A stretch of 64,000 nucleotides of DNA. It comes from Eledone cirrhosa. Lineage: Eukaryota. The position numbers were made by a program, and so were the translations under genes. The stretch covers positions 357,740,001 through 357,804,000 of the forward strand of contig OZ024742.1 in assembly GCA_964016885.1 (NCBI GenBank), in the 5' to 3' direction. The notes beneath the pieces were generated by a model, which was not told the origin of the DNA, searched no databases, and worked only from the letters and a program-made list of their open reading frames with translations. Shown here in pieces: positions 33,901 to 48,900 of this stretch (position 1 is its first letter; every line of letters starts with the position of its first letter).

Positions 33901-36900
33901 TGTGGTGGCTGTCATCCTTGTCCTAGAGTGTTCTGAGAGAGATGTGGTGGCTGTCATCCTTGTCCTAGAGTGTGGTGTGAGAGATGTGGTGGCTGTCATC
34001 CTTGTCCTATAGTGTTGTGTGAGAGATGTGGTGGCTGTCATCCTTGTCCTAGAGTGTTGTGAGAGAGAGAGATGTGGTGGCTGTCATCCTTGTCCTATAT
34101 GTGTTGTGAGAGAGATGTGGTGGCTGTCATCCTTGTCCTAGAGTGTTGTGAGAGATATGTGGTGGCTGTCATCCTTGTCCTATAGTGTTGTGACAGAGAT
34201 GTGGTTGCTGTCATCCCTGTCCTAGAGTGTTGTGAGAGAGATGTGGTGGCTGTCATCCTTGTCCTATAATGTTGTGAGAGAGATGTGGTGGCTGTCATCC
34301 TTGTCCTAGAGTGTTGTGAGAGAGATGTGGTGGCTGTCATCCTTGTCCTATAGTGTTGTGTGAGAGATGTGGTGGCTGTCATCCTTGTCCTAGAGTGTTG
34401 TGAGAGAGATGTGGTGGCCGTCATCCTTGTCCTAGAGTGTTGTGAGAGAGATGTGGTGGCTGTCATCCTTGTCCTAGAGTGTTGTGAGAGAGAGAGAGAT
34501 GTGGTGGCTGTCACCCTTGTCCTAGAGTGTTGTTACAGAGATGTGGTGGCTGTCATCCATGTCCTAGAGTGTTGGTGTGAGAGATGTGGTGGCTGTCATC
34601 CTTGTCCTATAGTGTTGTGACAGAGATGTGGTGGCCGTCATCCTTGTCCTAGAGTGTTGTGTGAGAGATGTGGTGGCTGTCATCCTTGTCCTATAGTGTT
34701 GAGAGAGAGATGTGGTGGCTGTAATGCTTGTCCTATAGTGTTGTGTGAGAGACGTGGTGGCTGTCATCCTTGTCCTAGAGTGTTGTGTGAGAGATGTGGT
34801 GGCTGTCATCCTTGTCCTAGAGTGTTGTGTGAGAGAGGTGGTGGCCGTCATCCTTGTCCTAGAGTGTTGTGAGAGAGATGTGGTGGCTGTCATCCTTGTC
34901 CTATAGTGTTGAGAGAGAGATGTGGTGGCCGTCATCCTTGTCCTAGAGTGTTGTGAGAGAGATGTTGTGGCTGTCATCCTTGTCCTATAGTGTTGAGAGA
35001 GAGATGTGGTGGCTGTCATCCTTGTCCTAGAGTGTTGTGTGAGAGATGTGGTGGCCGTCATCCTTGTCCCAGAGTGTGGTGTGAGAGATGTGGTGGCTGT
35101 CATCCTTGTCCTATAGTGTTGTGTGAGAGATGTGGTGGCTGTCATCCTTGTCCTATAGTGTTGAGAGAGAGATGTGGTGGCTGTCATCCTTGTCCTATAG
35201 TGTTGTGTGAGAGATGTGGTGGCCGTCATCCTTGTCCTAGAGTGTTGTGAGAGAGATGTGGTGGCTGTCATCCTTGTCCTATAGTGTTGAGAGAGAGATG
35301 TGGTGGCTGTAATGCTTGTCCTATAGTGTTGTGTGAGAGATGTGGTGGCTGTCATCCTTGTCCTAGAGTGTTGTGTGAGAGATGTGGTGGCTGTCATCCT
35401 TGTCCTAGAGTGTGCTGTGAGAGAGTGGTGGCCGTCATCCTTGTCCTAGAGTGTTGTGAGAGAGATGTGGTGGCTGTCATCCTTGTCCTATAGTGTTGAG
35501 AGAGAGATGTGGTGGCCGTCATCCTAGTCCTAGAGTGTTGTGAGATAGATGTTGTGGCTGTCATCCTTGTCCTATAGTGTTGAGAGAGAGATGTGGTGGC
35601 TGTCATCCTTGTCCTAGAGTGTTGTGTGAGAGATGTGGTGGCCGTCATCCTTGTCCTAGAGTGTTGTGTGAGAGATGTTGTGGCTGTCATCCTTGTCCTA
35701 TAGTGTTGAGAGAGAGATGTGGTGGCTGTCATCCTTGTCCTAGAGTGTGGTGTGAGAGATGTTGTGGCTGTCATCCTTGTCCTATAGTGTTGAGAGAGAG
35801 ATGTGGTGGCTGTCATCCTTGTCCTAGAGTGTGGTGTGAGAGATGTGGTGGCTGTCATCCTTGTCCTATAGTGTTGAGAGAGAAATGTGGTGGCTGTCAT
35901 CCTTGTCCTATAGTGTTGTGTGAGAGATGTGGTGGCCGTTATCCTTGTCCTAGAGTGTTGTGAGAGATGTGGTGGCTGTCATCCTCGTCCTATTGTGTTG
36001 AGAGAGAGATATAGTGGCTGTCATCCTTGTCCTAGAGTGTTGAGAGAGAGATGTGGTGGCTGTCTTCCTTGTCCTATAGTGTTGTGTGAGAGATGTGGTG
36101 GCTGTCATCCTTGTCCTAGAGTGTTGTGAGAGAGAGAGATATGGTGGCTGTCATCCTTGTCCTATAGTGTTGAGAGAGAGATGTGGTGGCCGTCATCCTT
36201 GTCCTAGAGTGTTGTGAGAGAGATGTGGTGGCTGTCATCCTTGTCCTATAGTGTTGAGAGAGAGAGATGTGGTGGCTGTCATTCTTGTCCTATAGTGTTG
36301 TGTGAGAGATGTGGTGGCCGTCAGATGTGGTGGTTGTGATCCTTGTCCTGGAGTGTTGTGTGAGAGATATGGTGGCTGTCATCCTTGTCCTAGAGTGTTG
36401 CGAGAGATATGTGGTGGCTGTCATCCTTGTCCTATAATGTTGAGATTGAGATGTGGTTGCTGTCATCCTTGTGTTGTGAGAGAGATGGTGGCTGTCATCC
36501 TTGTCCTATAGTGTTTGAGAGAGATTTGGTGGCTGTCATCCTTGTCCTAGAGTGTTGTGAGAGAGATGTGGTGGCTGTCATCCTTGTCCTATAGTGTTGT
36601 GTGAGAGATGTGGTGGCTGTCATCCTTGTACTATAGTGTTGTGAGAGAGATGTGGTGGCCGTCATCCTTGTCTTAGAGTGTAGTGAGAGAGATGTGTTGC
36701 CTGTCATCCTTGTCCTAGAGTCTGGTGTGAGAGATGTGTTGGCTGTCATCCTTGTCCTATAGTGTTGTGAGAGAGAGAGAGATGTGTTGGCTGTCATCCT
36801 TGTCCTAGTGTGTTGTTACAGAGATGTGGTGGCTGTCATCCATGTCCTAAAGTGTGGTGTGAGAGATATGGTAGCTGTCATCCTTGTCCTATAGTGTTGT

Positions 36901-39900
36901 GAGAGAGATGTGGTGGCCGTCATCCTTGTCTTAGAGTGTAGTGAGAGAGATGTGTTGCCTGTCATCCTTGTCCTAGAGTCTGGTGTGAGAGTTGTGTTGG
37001 CTGTCATCCTTGTCCTATAGTGTTGTGTGAGAGATGTGGTGGCTGTCATCCTTGACCTAGAGTGTGGTGTGAGAGATGTGTTGGCCGTTATCCTTGTGCT
37101 AGAGTGTTGTGAGAGAGATGTGGTGGCTGTCATCCTTGTCCTAGAGTGTGGTGTGAGAGATGTGGTGGCTGTCATCCTTGTCCTATAGTGTTGTGAGAGA
37201 TATGTGGTGGATGTCATCCTTGTCCTAGAGTGTGGTGTGAGAGATGTGGTGGCTGTCATCCTTGTCCTATAGTGTTGAGAGAGAGATGTGGTGGCTCTCA
37301 TCCTTGTCCTATAGTGTTGTGTGAGAGATGTGGTGGCTGTCATCCTTGTCCTATAGTGTTGTGTGAGAGATGTGGTGGCTGTCATCCTTGTCCTATAGTG
37401 TTGTGTCAGAGATGTGGTGGCTGTCATCCTTGTCCTAGAGTGTGGTGTGAGAGATGTGGTGGCTGTCATCCTTGTCCTATAGTGTTGTGTCAGAGATGTG
37501 GTGGCTGTCATCCTTGTCCTAGAGTGTGGTGTGAGAGATGTGGTGGCTGTCATCCTTGTCCTATAGTGTTGTGTGAGAGATGTGGTGGCCGTCATCCTTG
37601 TCCTAGAGTGTTGTGAGAGAGATGTGGTGGCTGTCATCCTTGTCCTATAGTGTTGTGTGAGAGATGTGGTGGCTGTCATCCTTGTCCTAGAGTGTGGTGT
37701 GAGAGATGTGGTGGCTGTCATCCTTGTCCTATAGTGTTGTGTGAGAGATGTGGTGGCCGTCATCCTTGTCCTAGAGTGTTGTGAGAGAGATGTGGTGGCC
37801 GTCATCCTTGTCCTAGAGTGTTGTGAGAGAGATGTGGTGGCTGTCATCCTTGTCCTAGAGTGTGGTGTGAGAGATGTGGTGGCCGTCATCCTTGTCCTAG
37901 AGTGTTGTGAGAGAGATGTGGTGGCTGTCATCCTTGTCCTATAGTGTTGTGTGAGAGATGTGGTGGCTGTCATCCTTGTCCTAGAGTGTGGTGTGAGAGA
38001 TGTGGTGGCTGTCATCCTTGTCCTATAGTGTTGTGTGAGAGATGTGGTGGCCGTCATCCTTGTCCTAGAGTGTTGTGAGAGAGATGTGGTGGCCGTCATC
38101 CTTGTCCTAGAGTGTTGTGAGAGAGATGTGGTGGCTGTCATCCTTGTCCTAGAGTGTGGTGTGAGAGATGTGGTGGCCGTCATACTTGTCCTAGAGTGTT
38201 GTGAGAGAGATGTGGTGGCTGTCATCCTTGTCCTATAGTGTTGTGTGAGAGATCTGGTGGCTGTCATCCTTGTCCTAGAGTGTGGTGTGAGAGATGTGGT
38301 GGCTGTCATCCTTGTCCTATAGTGTTGTGTGAGAGATGTGGTGGCCGTCATCCTTGTCCTAGAGTGTTGTGAGAGAGATGTGGTGGCCGTCATCCTTGTC
38401 CTAGAGTGTTGTGAGAGAGATGTGGTGGCTGTCATCCTTGTCCTATAGTGTTGAGAGAGATATGTGGTGGCTGTCATCCTTGTCCTAGAGTGTTGTGAGA
38501 GAGATGTGGTGGCTGTCATCCTTGTCCTAGAGTGTTGTGTCAGAGATGTGGTGGCTGTCATCCTTGTCCTAGAGTGTGGTGTGAGAGATGTGGTGGCTGT
38601 CATCCTTGTCCTATAGTGTTGTGTGAGAGATGTGGTGGCCGTCATCCTTGTCCTAGAGTGTTGTGAGAGAGATGTGGTGGCTGTCATCCTTGTCCTAGAA
38701 TGTGGTGTGAGAGATGTGGTGGCTGTCATCCTTGTCCTATAGTGTTGTGAGAGATATGTGGTGGCTGTCATCCTTGTCCTATAGTGTTGTGACAGAGATG
38801 TGGTTGCTGTCATCCTTGTCCTAGAGTGTTGTGAGAGAGATGTGGTGGCGGTCCTCCTTGTCCTATAGTGTTGTGAGAGATATGTGGTGGCTGTCATCCT
38901 TGTCCTATAGTGTTTTGTGAGAGATGTGGTGGCTTTATCCTTGTCCTAGAGTGTTGTGAGAGAGATGTGGTGGCTGTCATCCTTGTCCCATAGTGTTGTG
39001 AGAGAGAGAGATGTGGTGGCTGTCGTCCTTGTCCTATAGTGTTGAGAGAGAGATGTGGTGGCTGTCATCCTTGCCCTATAGTGTTGTGTGAGAGAGATGT
39101 GGTGGCTGTTATCCTTGTCCTAGAGTGTTGTGAGAGATATGTGGTGGCTGTCATGCTTGTCCTATAGAGTTGTGAGAGAGAGAGATGTGGGGGCTGTTGT
39201 CCCTGTCCTATAGTGTTGTGAGAGAGAGAGATGTGGTGGCTGTCATCCTTGTCCTATAGTGTTGAGAGAGAGATGTGGTGGCTGTCATCCTTGTCCTATA
39301 ATGTTGTGAGAGAGAGAGATGTGGTGGCTGTCATCGTTGTCATATAGTGTTGAGAGAGAGATGTGGTGGCTGTCATCCTTGTCCTATAATGTTGTGAGAG
39401 ACAGAGATGTGGTGGCTGTCATCGTTGTCTTAGAGTGTTGTGAGAGAGAGAGATGTGGTGGCTGTCATCCTTGTCCTATAGTGTTGAGAGAGTGATGTGG
39501 TGGCTGTCATCCTTGTCCTATAATGTTGTGAGAGAGAGAGATGTGGTGGCTGTCATCCTTGTACTGGAGTATTGTGTGAGAGATGTGGTGGCTGTCATCC
39601 TTGTCCTAGAGTGTTGTGAGAGAGATGTGGTGGCTGTCATCCTTGTCCTAGAGTGTTGTGTGAGAGATGTGGTGGCTGTCATCCTTGTCCTATAATGTTG
39701 AGAGAGACATGTGGTGGCTGTCATCCTTGTCCTATAGTGTTGTCTGCGAGATGAGGTGGCTGTCATCCTTGTCCTATAGTGTTGTGTGAGCGATGTGGTG
39801 GCTGTCATCCTTGTCCTATAGTGTTGAGAGAGAGATGTGGTGGCTGTCATCCTTGTCCTAGAGTGTTGTGAGAGAGATGTGGTGGCTGTCATCCTTGTCC

Positions 39901-42900
39901 TATAGTGTTGTGTCAGATGTGGTGGTTGTGATCCTTGTCCTGAAGTGTTGTGTGAGAGATATGGTGGCTGTCATCCTTGTCCTAGAGTGTTGCGAGAGAT
40001 ATGTGGTGGCTGTCATCCTTGTCCTATAATGTTGAGATTGAGATGTGGTTGCTGTCATCCTTGTCCTAGAGTGTTGTGAGAGAGATGTGGTGGCAGTCAT
40101 CCTTGTCCTATAGTGTTGTGAGAGAGATGTGTTGGCTGTCATCCTTGTCCTATAGTGTTTGAGAGAGATTTGGTGCCTGTCATCCTTGTCCTAGAGTGTT
40201 GTGAGAGAGATGTGGTGGCTGTCATCCTTGTCCTATAGTGTTGTGTGAGAGATGTGGTGGCTGTCATCCTTGTCCTATAGTGTTGTGTGAGAGATGTGGT
40301 GGCCGTCATCCTTGTCCTATAGTGTTGTGAGAGAGAGAGAGATGTGTTGGCTGTCATCCTTGTCCTAGTGTGTTGTTACAGAGATGTGGTGGCTGTCATC
40401 CATGTCCTAGATTGTGGTGTGAGAGATATGGTGGCTGTCATCCTTGTCCTTTAGTGTTGTGAGAGAGATGTGGTGGCCGTCATCCTTGTCTTAGAGTGTA
40501 GTGAGAGAGATGTGGTGGCTGTCATCCTTGCCCTATAGTGTTGTGTGAGAGAGATGTGGTGGCTGTTATCCTTGTCCTAGAGTGTTGTGAGAGATATGTG
40601 GTGGCTGTCATGCTTGTCCTATAGAGTTGTGAGAGAGAGAGATGTGGTGGCTGTTGTCCCTGTCCTATAGTGTTGTGAGAGAGAGAGATGTGGTGGCTGT
40701 CATCCTTCTCCTATAGTGTTGAGAGAGAGATGTGATGGCTGTCATCCTTGTCCTATAATGTTGTGAGAGAGAGAGATGTGGTGGCTGTCATCGTTGTCCT
40801 ATAGTGTTGAGAGAGAGATGTGGTGGCTGTCATCCTTGTCCTATAATGTTGTGAGAGAGAGAGATGTGGTGGCTGTCATCGTTGTCTTAGAGTGTTGTGA
40901 GAGAGAGAGATGTGGTGGCTGTCATCCTTGTCCTATAGTGTTGAGAGAGTGATGTGGTGGCTGTCTTCCTTGTCCTATAATGTTGTGAGAGAGAGAGATG
41001 TGGTGGCTGTCATCGTTGTCCTAGAGTGTTGTGAGAGAGAGAGAGTTGTGGTGGCTGTCATCCTTGTACTGGAGTGTTGTGTGAGAGATGTGGTGGCTGT
41101 CATCCTTGTCCTAGAGTGTTGTGAGAGAGATGTGGTGGCTGTCATCCTTGTCCTAGAGTGTTGTGTGAGAGATGTGTTGGCTGTCATCCTTGTCCTATAA
41201 TGTTGAGAGAGACATGTGGTGGCTGTCATCCTTGTCCTATAGTGTTGTCTGCGAGATGAGGTGGCTGTCATCCTTGTCCTATAGTGTTGTGTAAGCGATG
41301 TGGTGGCTGTCATCCTTGTCCTATAGTGTTGAGAGAGAGATGTGGTGGCTGTCATCCTTGTCCTAGAGTGTTGTGAGAGAGATGTGGTGGCTGTCATCCT
41401 TGTCCTATAGTGTTGTGTCAGATGTGGTGGTTGTGATCCTTGTCCTGGAGTGTTGTGTGAGAGATATGGTGGTAGTCATCCTTGTCCTAGAGTGTTGTTA
41501 GAGATATGTGGTGGCTGTCATCCTTGTCCTAGAGTGTAGTGACAGAGAGAGATGTGGTGGCTGTCACCCTTGTCCTAGAGTGTTGTGTGAGTGATGGGGT
41601 GGCTGTCATCCTTGTCCTAGAGTGTTGTGTGAGAGATGTGGTGTCTGTCATCCTTGTCCTATAGTGTTGTGAGAGAGATGTGGTGGCTGTCATCCTTGTC
41701 ATATAGTGTTGTGATAGAGAGAGAAAGATGTGGTGGCTGTCACCCTTCTCCTAGAGTGTTGTGACAGAGATGTGGTGGCTGTCATCCTTGTCCTATAGTG
41801 TTGAGAGAGAGTTGTGGTGGCCGTCATCCTTGTCCTAGACTGTTGTGAGAGAGATGTGCTGGCTGTCATCCATGTCCTAGAGTGTTGTGTGAGAGATGTG
41901 GTGGCCGTCATCCCTGTCCTGGAGTGTTGTGAGAGAGATGTGGTGGCTGTCATCCTTGTCCTATAGTGTTGAGAGAGACATGTGGTGGCTGTCATCCTTG
42001 TCCTATAGTGTTGAGAGAGACATGTGGTGGCTGTCATCCTTGTCCTATAGTGTTGTGTGCGAGATGAGGTGGCTGTCATCCTTGTCCTATAGTGTTGTGT
42101 GAGCGATGTGGTGGCTGTCATCCTTGTCCTATAGTGTTGAGAGAGAGATGTGGTGGCTGTCATCCTTGTCCTAGAGTGTTGTGAGAGAGATGTGGTGGCT
42201 GTCATCCTTGTCCTATAATGTTGAGAGAGACATGTGGTGGCTGTCATCCTTGTCCTATAGTGTTGTGTGCGAGATGAGGTGGCTGTCATCCTTGTCCTAT
42301 AGTGTTGTGTGAGCGATGTGGTGGCTGTCATCCTTGTCCTATAGTGTTGAGAGAGAGATGTGGTGGCTGTCATCCTTGTCCTAGAGTGTTGTGAGAGAGA
42401 TGTGGTGGCTGTCATCCTTGTCCTATAGTGTTGTGTCAGATGTGGTGATTGTGATCCTTGTCCTGGAGTGTTGTGTGAGAGATATGGTGGCTGTCATCCT
42501 TGTCCTAGAGTGTTGCGAGAGATATGTGGTGGCTGTCATCCTTGTCCTATAATGTTGAGATTGAGATGTGGTTGCTGTCATCCTAGTCCTAGAGTGTTGT
42601 GAGAGAGATGTGGTGGCAGTCATCCTTGTCCTATAGTGTTGTGAGAGAGATGTGGTGGCTGTCATCCTTGTCCTATAGTGTTTGAGAGAGATTTGGTGGC
42701 TGTCATCCTTGTCCTAGAGTGTTGTGAGAGAGATGTGGTGGCTGTCATCCTTGTCCTATAGTGTTGTGTGAGAGATGTGGTGGCTGTCATCCTTGTCCTA
42801 TAGTGTTGTGTGAGAGATGTGGTGGCCGTCATCCTTGTCCTATAGTGTTGTGAGAGAGAGAGAGATGTGTTGGCTGTCATCCTTGTCCTTGTGTGTTGTT

Positions 42901-45900
42901 ACAGAGATGTGGTGGCTGTCATCCATGTCCTAGAGTGTGGTGTGAGAGATATGGTGGCTGTCATCCTTGTCCTATAGTGTTGTGAGAGAGATGTGGTGGC
43001 CGTCATCCTTGTCTTAGAGTGTAGTGAGAGAGATGTGTTGCCTGTCATCCTTGTCCTAGAGTCTGGTGTGAGAGATGTGTTGGCTGTCATCCTTGTCCTA
43101 TAGTGTTTTGTGAGAGATGTGGTGGCTGTCATCCTTGTCTTAGAGTGTAGTGAGAGAGATGTGTTGCCTGTCATCCTTGTCCTAGAGTCTGGTGTGAGAG
43201 ATGTGTTGGCTGTCATCCTTGTCCTATAGTGTTGTGTGAGATGTGGTGGCTGTCATCCTTGTCTTAGAGTGTAGTGAGAGAGATGTGGTGGCTGTCATCC
43301 TTGTCTTAGAGTGTAGTGTGAGAGATGTGTTGGCCGTTATCCTTGTGCTAGAGTGTTGTGAGAGAGATGTGGTGGCTGTCATCCTTGTCCTAGAGTGTGG
43401 TGTGAGAGATGTGGTGGCTGTCATCCTTGTCCTATAGTGTTGTGTGAGAGATGTGGTGGCCGTCATCCTTGTCCTAGAGTGTTGTGAGAGAGATGTGGTG
43501 GCTGTCATCCTTGTCCTAGAGTGTTGTGAGAGATATGTGGTGGCTGTCATCCTTGTCCTATAGTGTTGTGACAGAGATGTGGTTGCTGTCATCCTTGTCC
43601 TAGAGTGTTGTGAGAGAGATGTGGTGGCGGTCCTCCTTGTCCTATAGTGTTGTGAGAGAGTTGTGGTGGCTGTCATCCTTGTTCTATAGTGTTGTGTGAG
43701 AGATGTGGTGACTGTCATCCTTGTCCTAGAGTGTTGTGTGAGAGATGTGGTGGCTGTCATCCTTGTCCTAGAGTGTGGTGTGAGAGATGTGGTGGCTGTC
43801 ATCCTTGTCCTATAGTGTTGTGTGAGAGATGTGGTGGCCGTCATCCTTGTCCTAGAGTGTTGTGAGAGAGATGTGGTGGCTGTCATCCTTGTCCTATAGT
43901 GTTGAGAGAGATGTGGTGGCCGTCATCCTTGTCCTAGAGTGTTGTGAGAGAAATGTGGTGGCTGTCATCCTTGTCCTATAGTGTTGAGAGAGAGATGTGT
44001 TGGCTGTCATCCTTGTCCTATAGTGTTGAGAGAGAGATGTGGTGGCCGTCATCCTTGTCCTAGAGTGTTGTGAGAGAGATGTGGTGGCTGTCATCCTTGT
44101 CCTAGAATGTGGTGTGAGAGATGTGGTGGCTGTCATCCTTGTCCTATAGTGTTGAGAGAGAGATGTGGTGGCTGTCATCCTTGTCCTATAGTGTTGTGTG
44201 AGAGATGTGGTGGCTGTCATCCTTGTCCTATAGTGTTGTGAGAGAGATGTGGTGGCTGTCATCCTTGTCCTAGAGTGTTGTGAGAGATATGTGGTGGCTG
44301 TCATCCTTGTCCTATAGTGTTGTGACAGAGATGTGGTTGCCGTCATCCTTGTCCTAGAGTGTTGTGACAGAGATGTGGTTGCTGTCATCCTTGTCCTAGA
44401 GTGTTGTGAGAGAGATGTGGTGGCTGTCATCCTTGTCCTATAGTGTTGTGAGAGAGATATGTGGTGGCTGTCATCCTTGTCCTAGAGTGTTGTGAGAGAG
44501 ATGTTGTGGCTGTCATCCTTGTCCTATAGTGTTGTGTGAGAGATGTGGTGGCTGTCATCCTTGTCCTAGAGTGTTGTGAGAGAGATGTGGTGGCCGTCAT
44601 CGTCCTAGAGTGTTGTGAGAGAGATGTGGTGGCTGTCATCCTTGTCCTATAGTGTTGAGAGAGAGATGTGGTGGCTGTCATCCTTGTCCTATAGTGTTGT
44701 GAGAGAGATATGTGGTGGCTGTCATCCTTGTCCTAGAGTGTGGTGTGAGAGATGTGGTGGCTGTCATCCTTGTCCTATAGTGTTGTGTGAGAGATGTGGT
44801 GGCCGTCATCCTTGTCCTAGAGTGTTGTGAGAGAGATGTGGTGGCCGTCATCCTTGTCCTAGAGTGTTGTGAGAGAGATGTGGTGGCTGTCATCCTTGTC
44901 CTATAGTGTTGAGAGAGATATGTGGTGGCTGTCATCCTTGTCCTAGAGTGTTGTGAGAGAGATGTGGTGGCTGTCATCCTTGTCCTAGAGTGTTGTGTCA
45001 GAGATGTGGTGGCTGTCATCCTTGTCCTAGAGTGTGGTGTGAGAGATGTGGTGGCTGTCATCCTTGTCCTATAGTGTTGTGTGAGAGATGTGGTGGCCGT
45101 CATCCTTGTCCTAGAGTGTTGTGAGAGAGATGTGGTGGCTGTCATCCTTGTCCTAGAATGTGGTGTGAGAGATGTGGTGGCTGTCATCCTTGTCCTATAG
45201 TGTTGTGAGAGATATGTGGTGGCTGTCATCCTTGTCCTATAGTGTTGTGACAGAGATGTGGTTGCTGTCATCCTTGTCCTAGAGTGTTGTGAGAGAGATG
45301 TGGTGGCGGTCCTCCTTGTCCTATAGTGTTGTGAGAGATATGTGGTGGCTGTCATCCTTGTCCTATAGTGTTTTGTGAGAGATGTGGTGGCTTTATCCTT
45401 GTCCTAGAGTGTTGTGAGAGAGATGTGGTGGCTGTCATCCTTGTCCCATAGTGTTGTGAGAGAGAGAGATGTGGTGGCTGTCGTCCTTGTCCTATAGTGT
45501 TGAGAGAGAGATGTGGTGGCTGTCATCCTTGCCCTATAGTGTTGTGTGAGAGAGATGTGGTGGCTGTTATCCTTGTCCTAGAGTGTTGTGAGAGATATGT
45601 GGTGGCTGTCATGCTTGTCCTATAGAGTTGTGAGAGAGAGAGATGTGGCGGCTGTTGTCCCTGTCCTATAGTGTTGTGAGAGAGAGAGATGTGGTGGCTG
45701 TCATCCTTGTCCTATAGTGTTGAGAGAGAGATGTGGTGGCTGTCATCCTTGTCCTATAATGTTGTGAGAGAGAGAGATGTGGTGGCTGTCATCGTTGTCA
45801 TATAGTGTTGAGAGAGAGATGTGGTGGCTGTCATCCTTGTCCTATAATGTTGTGAGAGACAGAGATGTGGTGGCTGTCATCGTTGTCTTAGAGTGTTGTG

Positions 45901-48900
45901 AGAGAGAGAGATGTGGTGGCTGTCATCCTTGTCCTATAGTGTTGAGAGAGTGATGTGGTGGCTGTCATCCTTGTCCTATAATGTTGTGAGAGAGAGAGAT
46001 GTGGTGGCTGTCATCCTTGTACTGGAGTGTTGTGTGAGAGATGTGGTGGCTGTCATCCTTGTCCTAGAGTGTTGTGAGAGAGATGTGGTGGCTGTCATCC
46101 TTGTCCTAGAGTGTTGTGTGAGAGATGTGGTGGCTGTCATCCTTGTCCTATAATGTTGAGAGAGACATGTGGTGGCTGTCATCCTTGTCCTATAGTGTTG
46201 TCTGCGAGATGAGGTGGCTGTCATCCTTGTCCTATAGTGTTGTGTGAGCGATGTGGTGGCTGTCATCCTTGTCCTATAGTGTTGAGAGAGAGATGTGGTG
46301 GCTGTCATCCTTGTCCTAGAGTGTTGTGAGAGAGATGTGGTGGCTGTCATCCTTGTCCTATAGTGTTGTGTCAGATGTGGTGGTTGTGATCCTTGTCCTG
46401 AAGTGTTGTGTGAGAGATATGGTGGCTGTCATCCTTGTCCTAGAGTGTTGCGAGAGATATGTGGTGGCTGTCATCCTTGTCCTATAATGTTGAGATTGAG
46501 ATGTGGTTGCTGTCATCCTTGTCCTAGAGTGTTGTGAGAGAGATGTGGTGGCAGTCATCCTTGTCCTATAGTGTTGTGAGAGAGATGTGTTGGCTGTCAT
46601 CCTTGTCCTATAGTGTTTGAGAGAGATTTGGTGCCTGTCATCCTTGTCCTAGAGTGTTGTGAGAGAGATGTGGTGGCTGTCATCCTTGTCCTATAGTGTT
46701 GTGTGAGAGATGTGGTGGCTGTCATCCTTGTCCTATAGTGTTGTGTGAGAGATGTGGTGGCCGTCATCCTTGTCCTATAGTGTTGTGAGAGAGAGAGAGA
46801 TGTGTTGGCTGTCATCCTTGTCCTAGTGTGTTGTTACAGAGATGTGGTGGCTGTCATCCATGTCCTAGATTGTGGTGTGAGAGATATGGTGGCTGTCATC
46901 CTTGTCCTTTAGTGTTGTGAGAGAGATGTGGTGGCCGTCATCCTTGTCTTAGAGTGTAGTGAGAGAGATGTGGTGGCTGTCATCCTTGCCCTATAGTGTT
47001 GTGTGAGAGAGATGTGGTGGCTGTTATCCTTGTCCTAGAGTGTTGTGAGAGATATGTGGTGGCTGTCATGCTTGTCCTATAGAGTTGTGAGAGAGAGAGA
47101 TGTGGTGGCTGTTGTCCCTGTCCTATAGTGTTGTGAGAGAGAGAGATGTGGTGGCTGTCATCCTTCTCCTATAGTGTTGAGAGAGAGATGTGATGGCTGT
47201 CATCCTTGTCCTATAATGTTGTGAGAGAGAGAGATGTGGTGGCTGTCATCGTTGTCCTATAGTGTTGAGAGAGAGATGTGGTGGCTGTCATCCTTGTCCT
47301 ATAATGTTGTGAGAGAGAGAGATGTGGTGGCTGTCATCGTTGTCTTAGAGTGTTGTGAGAGAGAGAGATGTGGTGGCTGTCATCCTTGTCCTATAGTGTT
47401 GAGAGAGTGATGTGGTGGCTGTCTTCCTTGTCCTATAATGTTGTGAGAGAGAGAGATGTGGTGGCTGTCATCGTTGTCCTAGAGTGTTGTGAGAGAGAGA
47501 GAGTTGTGGTGGCTGTCATCCTTGTACTGGAGTGTTGTGTGAGAGATGTGGTGGCTGTCATCCTTGTCCTATAGTGTTGAGAGAGAGATGTGGTGGCTGT
47601 CATCCTTGTCCTAGAGTGTTGTGAGAGAGATGTGGTGGCTGTCATCCTTGTCCTATAGTGTTGTGTCAGATGTGGTGGTTGTGATCCTTGTCCTGGAGTG
47701 TTGTGTGAGAGATATGGTGGTAGTCATCCTTGTCCTAGAGTGTTGTTAGAGATATGTGGTGGCTGTCATCCTTATCCTAGAGTGTAGTGACAGAGAGAGA
47801 TGTGGTGGCTGTCACCCTTGTCCTAGAGTGTTGTGTGAGTGATGGGGTGGCTGTCATCCTTGTCCTAGAGTATTGTGTGAGAGATGTGGTGTCTGTCATC
47901 CTTGTCCTATAGTGTTGTGAGAGAGATGTGGTGGCTGTCATCCTTGTCATATAGTGTTGTGATAGAGAGAGAAAGATGTGGTGGCTGTCACCCTTCTCCT
48001 AGAGTGTTGTGACAGAGATGTGGTGGCTGTCATCCTTGTCCTATAGTGTTGAGAGAGAGTTGTGGTGGCCGTCATCCTTGTCCTAGACTGTTGTGAGAGA
48101 GATGTGCTGGCTGTCATCCATGTCCTAGAGTGTTGTGTGAGAGATGTGGTGGCCGTCATCCCTGTCCTGGAGTGTTGTGAGAGAGATGTGGTGGCTGTCA
48201 TCCTTGTCCTATAGTGTTGAGAGAGACATGTGGTGGCTGTCATCCTTGTCCTATAGTGTTGAGAGAGACATGTGGTGGCTGTCATCCTTGTCCTATAGTG
48301 TTGTGTGCGAGATGAGGTGGCTGTCATCCTTGTCCTATAGTGTTGTGTGAGCGATGTGGTGGCTGTCATCCTTGTCCTATAGTGTTGAGAGAGAGATGTG
48401 GTGGCTGTCATCCTTGTCCTAGAGTGTTGTGAGAGAGATGTGGTGGCTGTCATCCTTGTCCTATAATGTTGAGAGAGACATGTGGTGGCTGTCATCCTTG
48501 TCCTATAGTGTTGTGTGCGAGATGAGGTGGCTGTCATCCTTGTCCTATAGTGTTGTGTGAGCGATGTGGTGGCTGTCATCCTTGTCCTATAGTGTTGAGA
48601 GAGAGATGTGGTGGCTGTCATCCTTGTCCTAGAGTGTTGTGAGAGAGATGTGGTGGCTGTCATCCTTGTCCTATAGTGTTGTGTCAGATGTGGTGATTGT
48701 GATCCTTGTCCTGGAGTGTTGTGTGAGAGATATGGTGGCTGTCATCCTTGTCCTAGAGTGTTGCGAGAGATATGTGGTGGCTGTCATCCTTGTCCTATAA
48801 TGTTGAGATTGAGATGTGGTTGCTGTCATCCTAGTCCTAGAGTGTTGTGAGAGAGATGTGGTGGCAGTCATCCTTGTCCTATAGTGTTGTGAGAGAGATG

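Noticed and set aside
36816-38897. 693-aa ORF and other satellite ORFs as genuine CDS (mucin-like, or Cys-rich CERCGGCHPCP as metallothionein-like)
   Set aside because: These follow from a 42-bp (3n) unit. Frames break wherever the GA tract slips, and there are no unique flanking domains.
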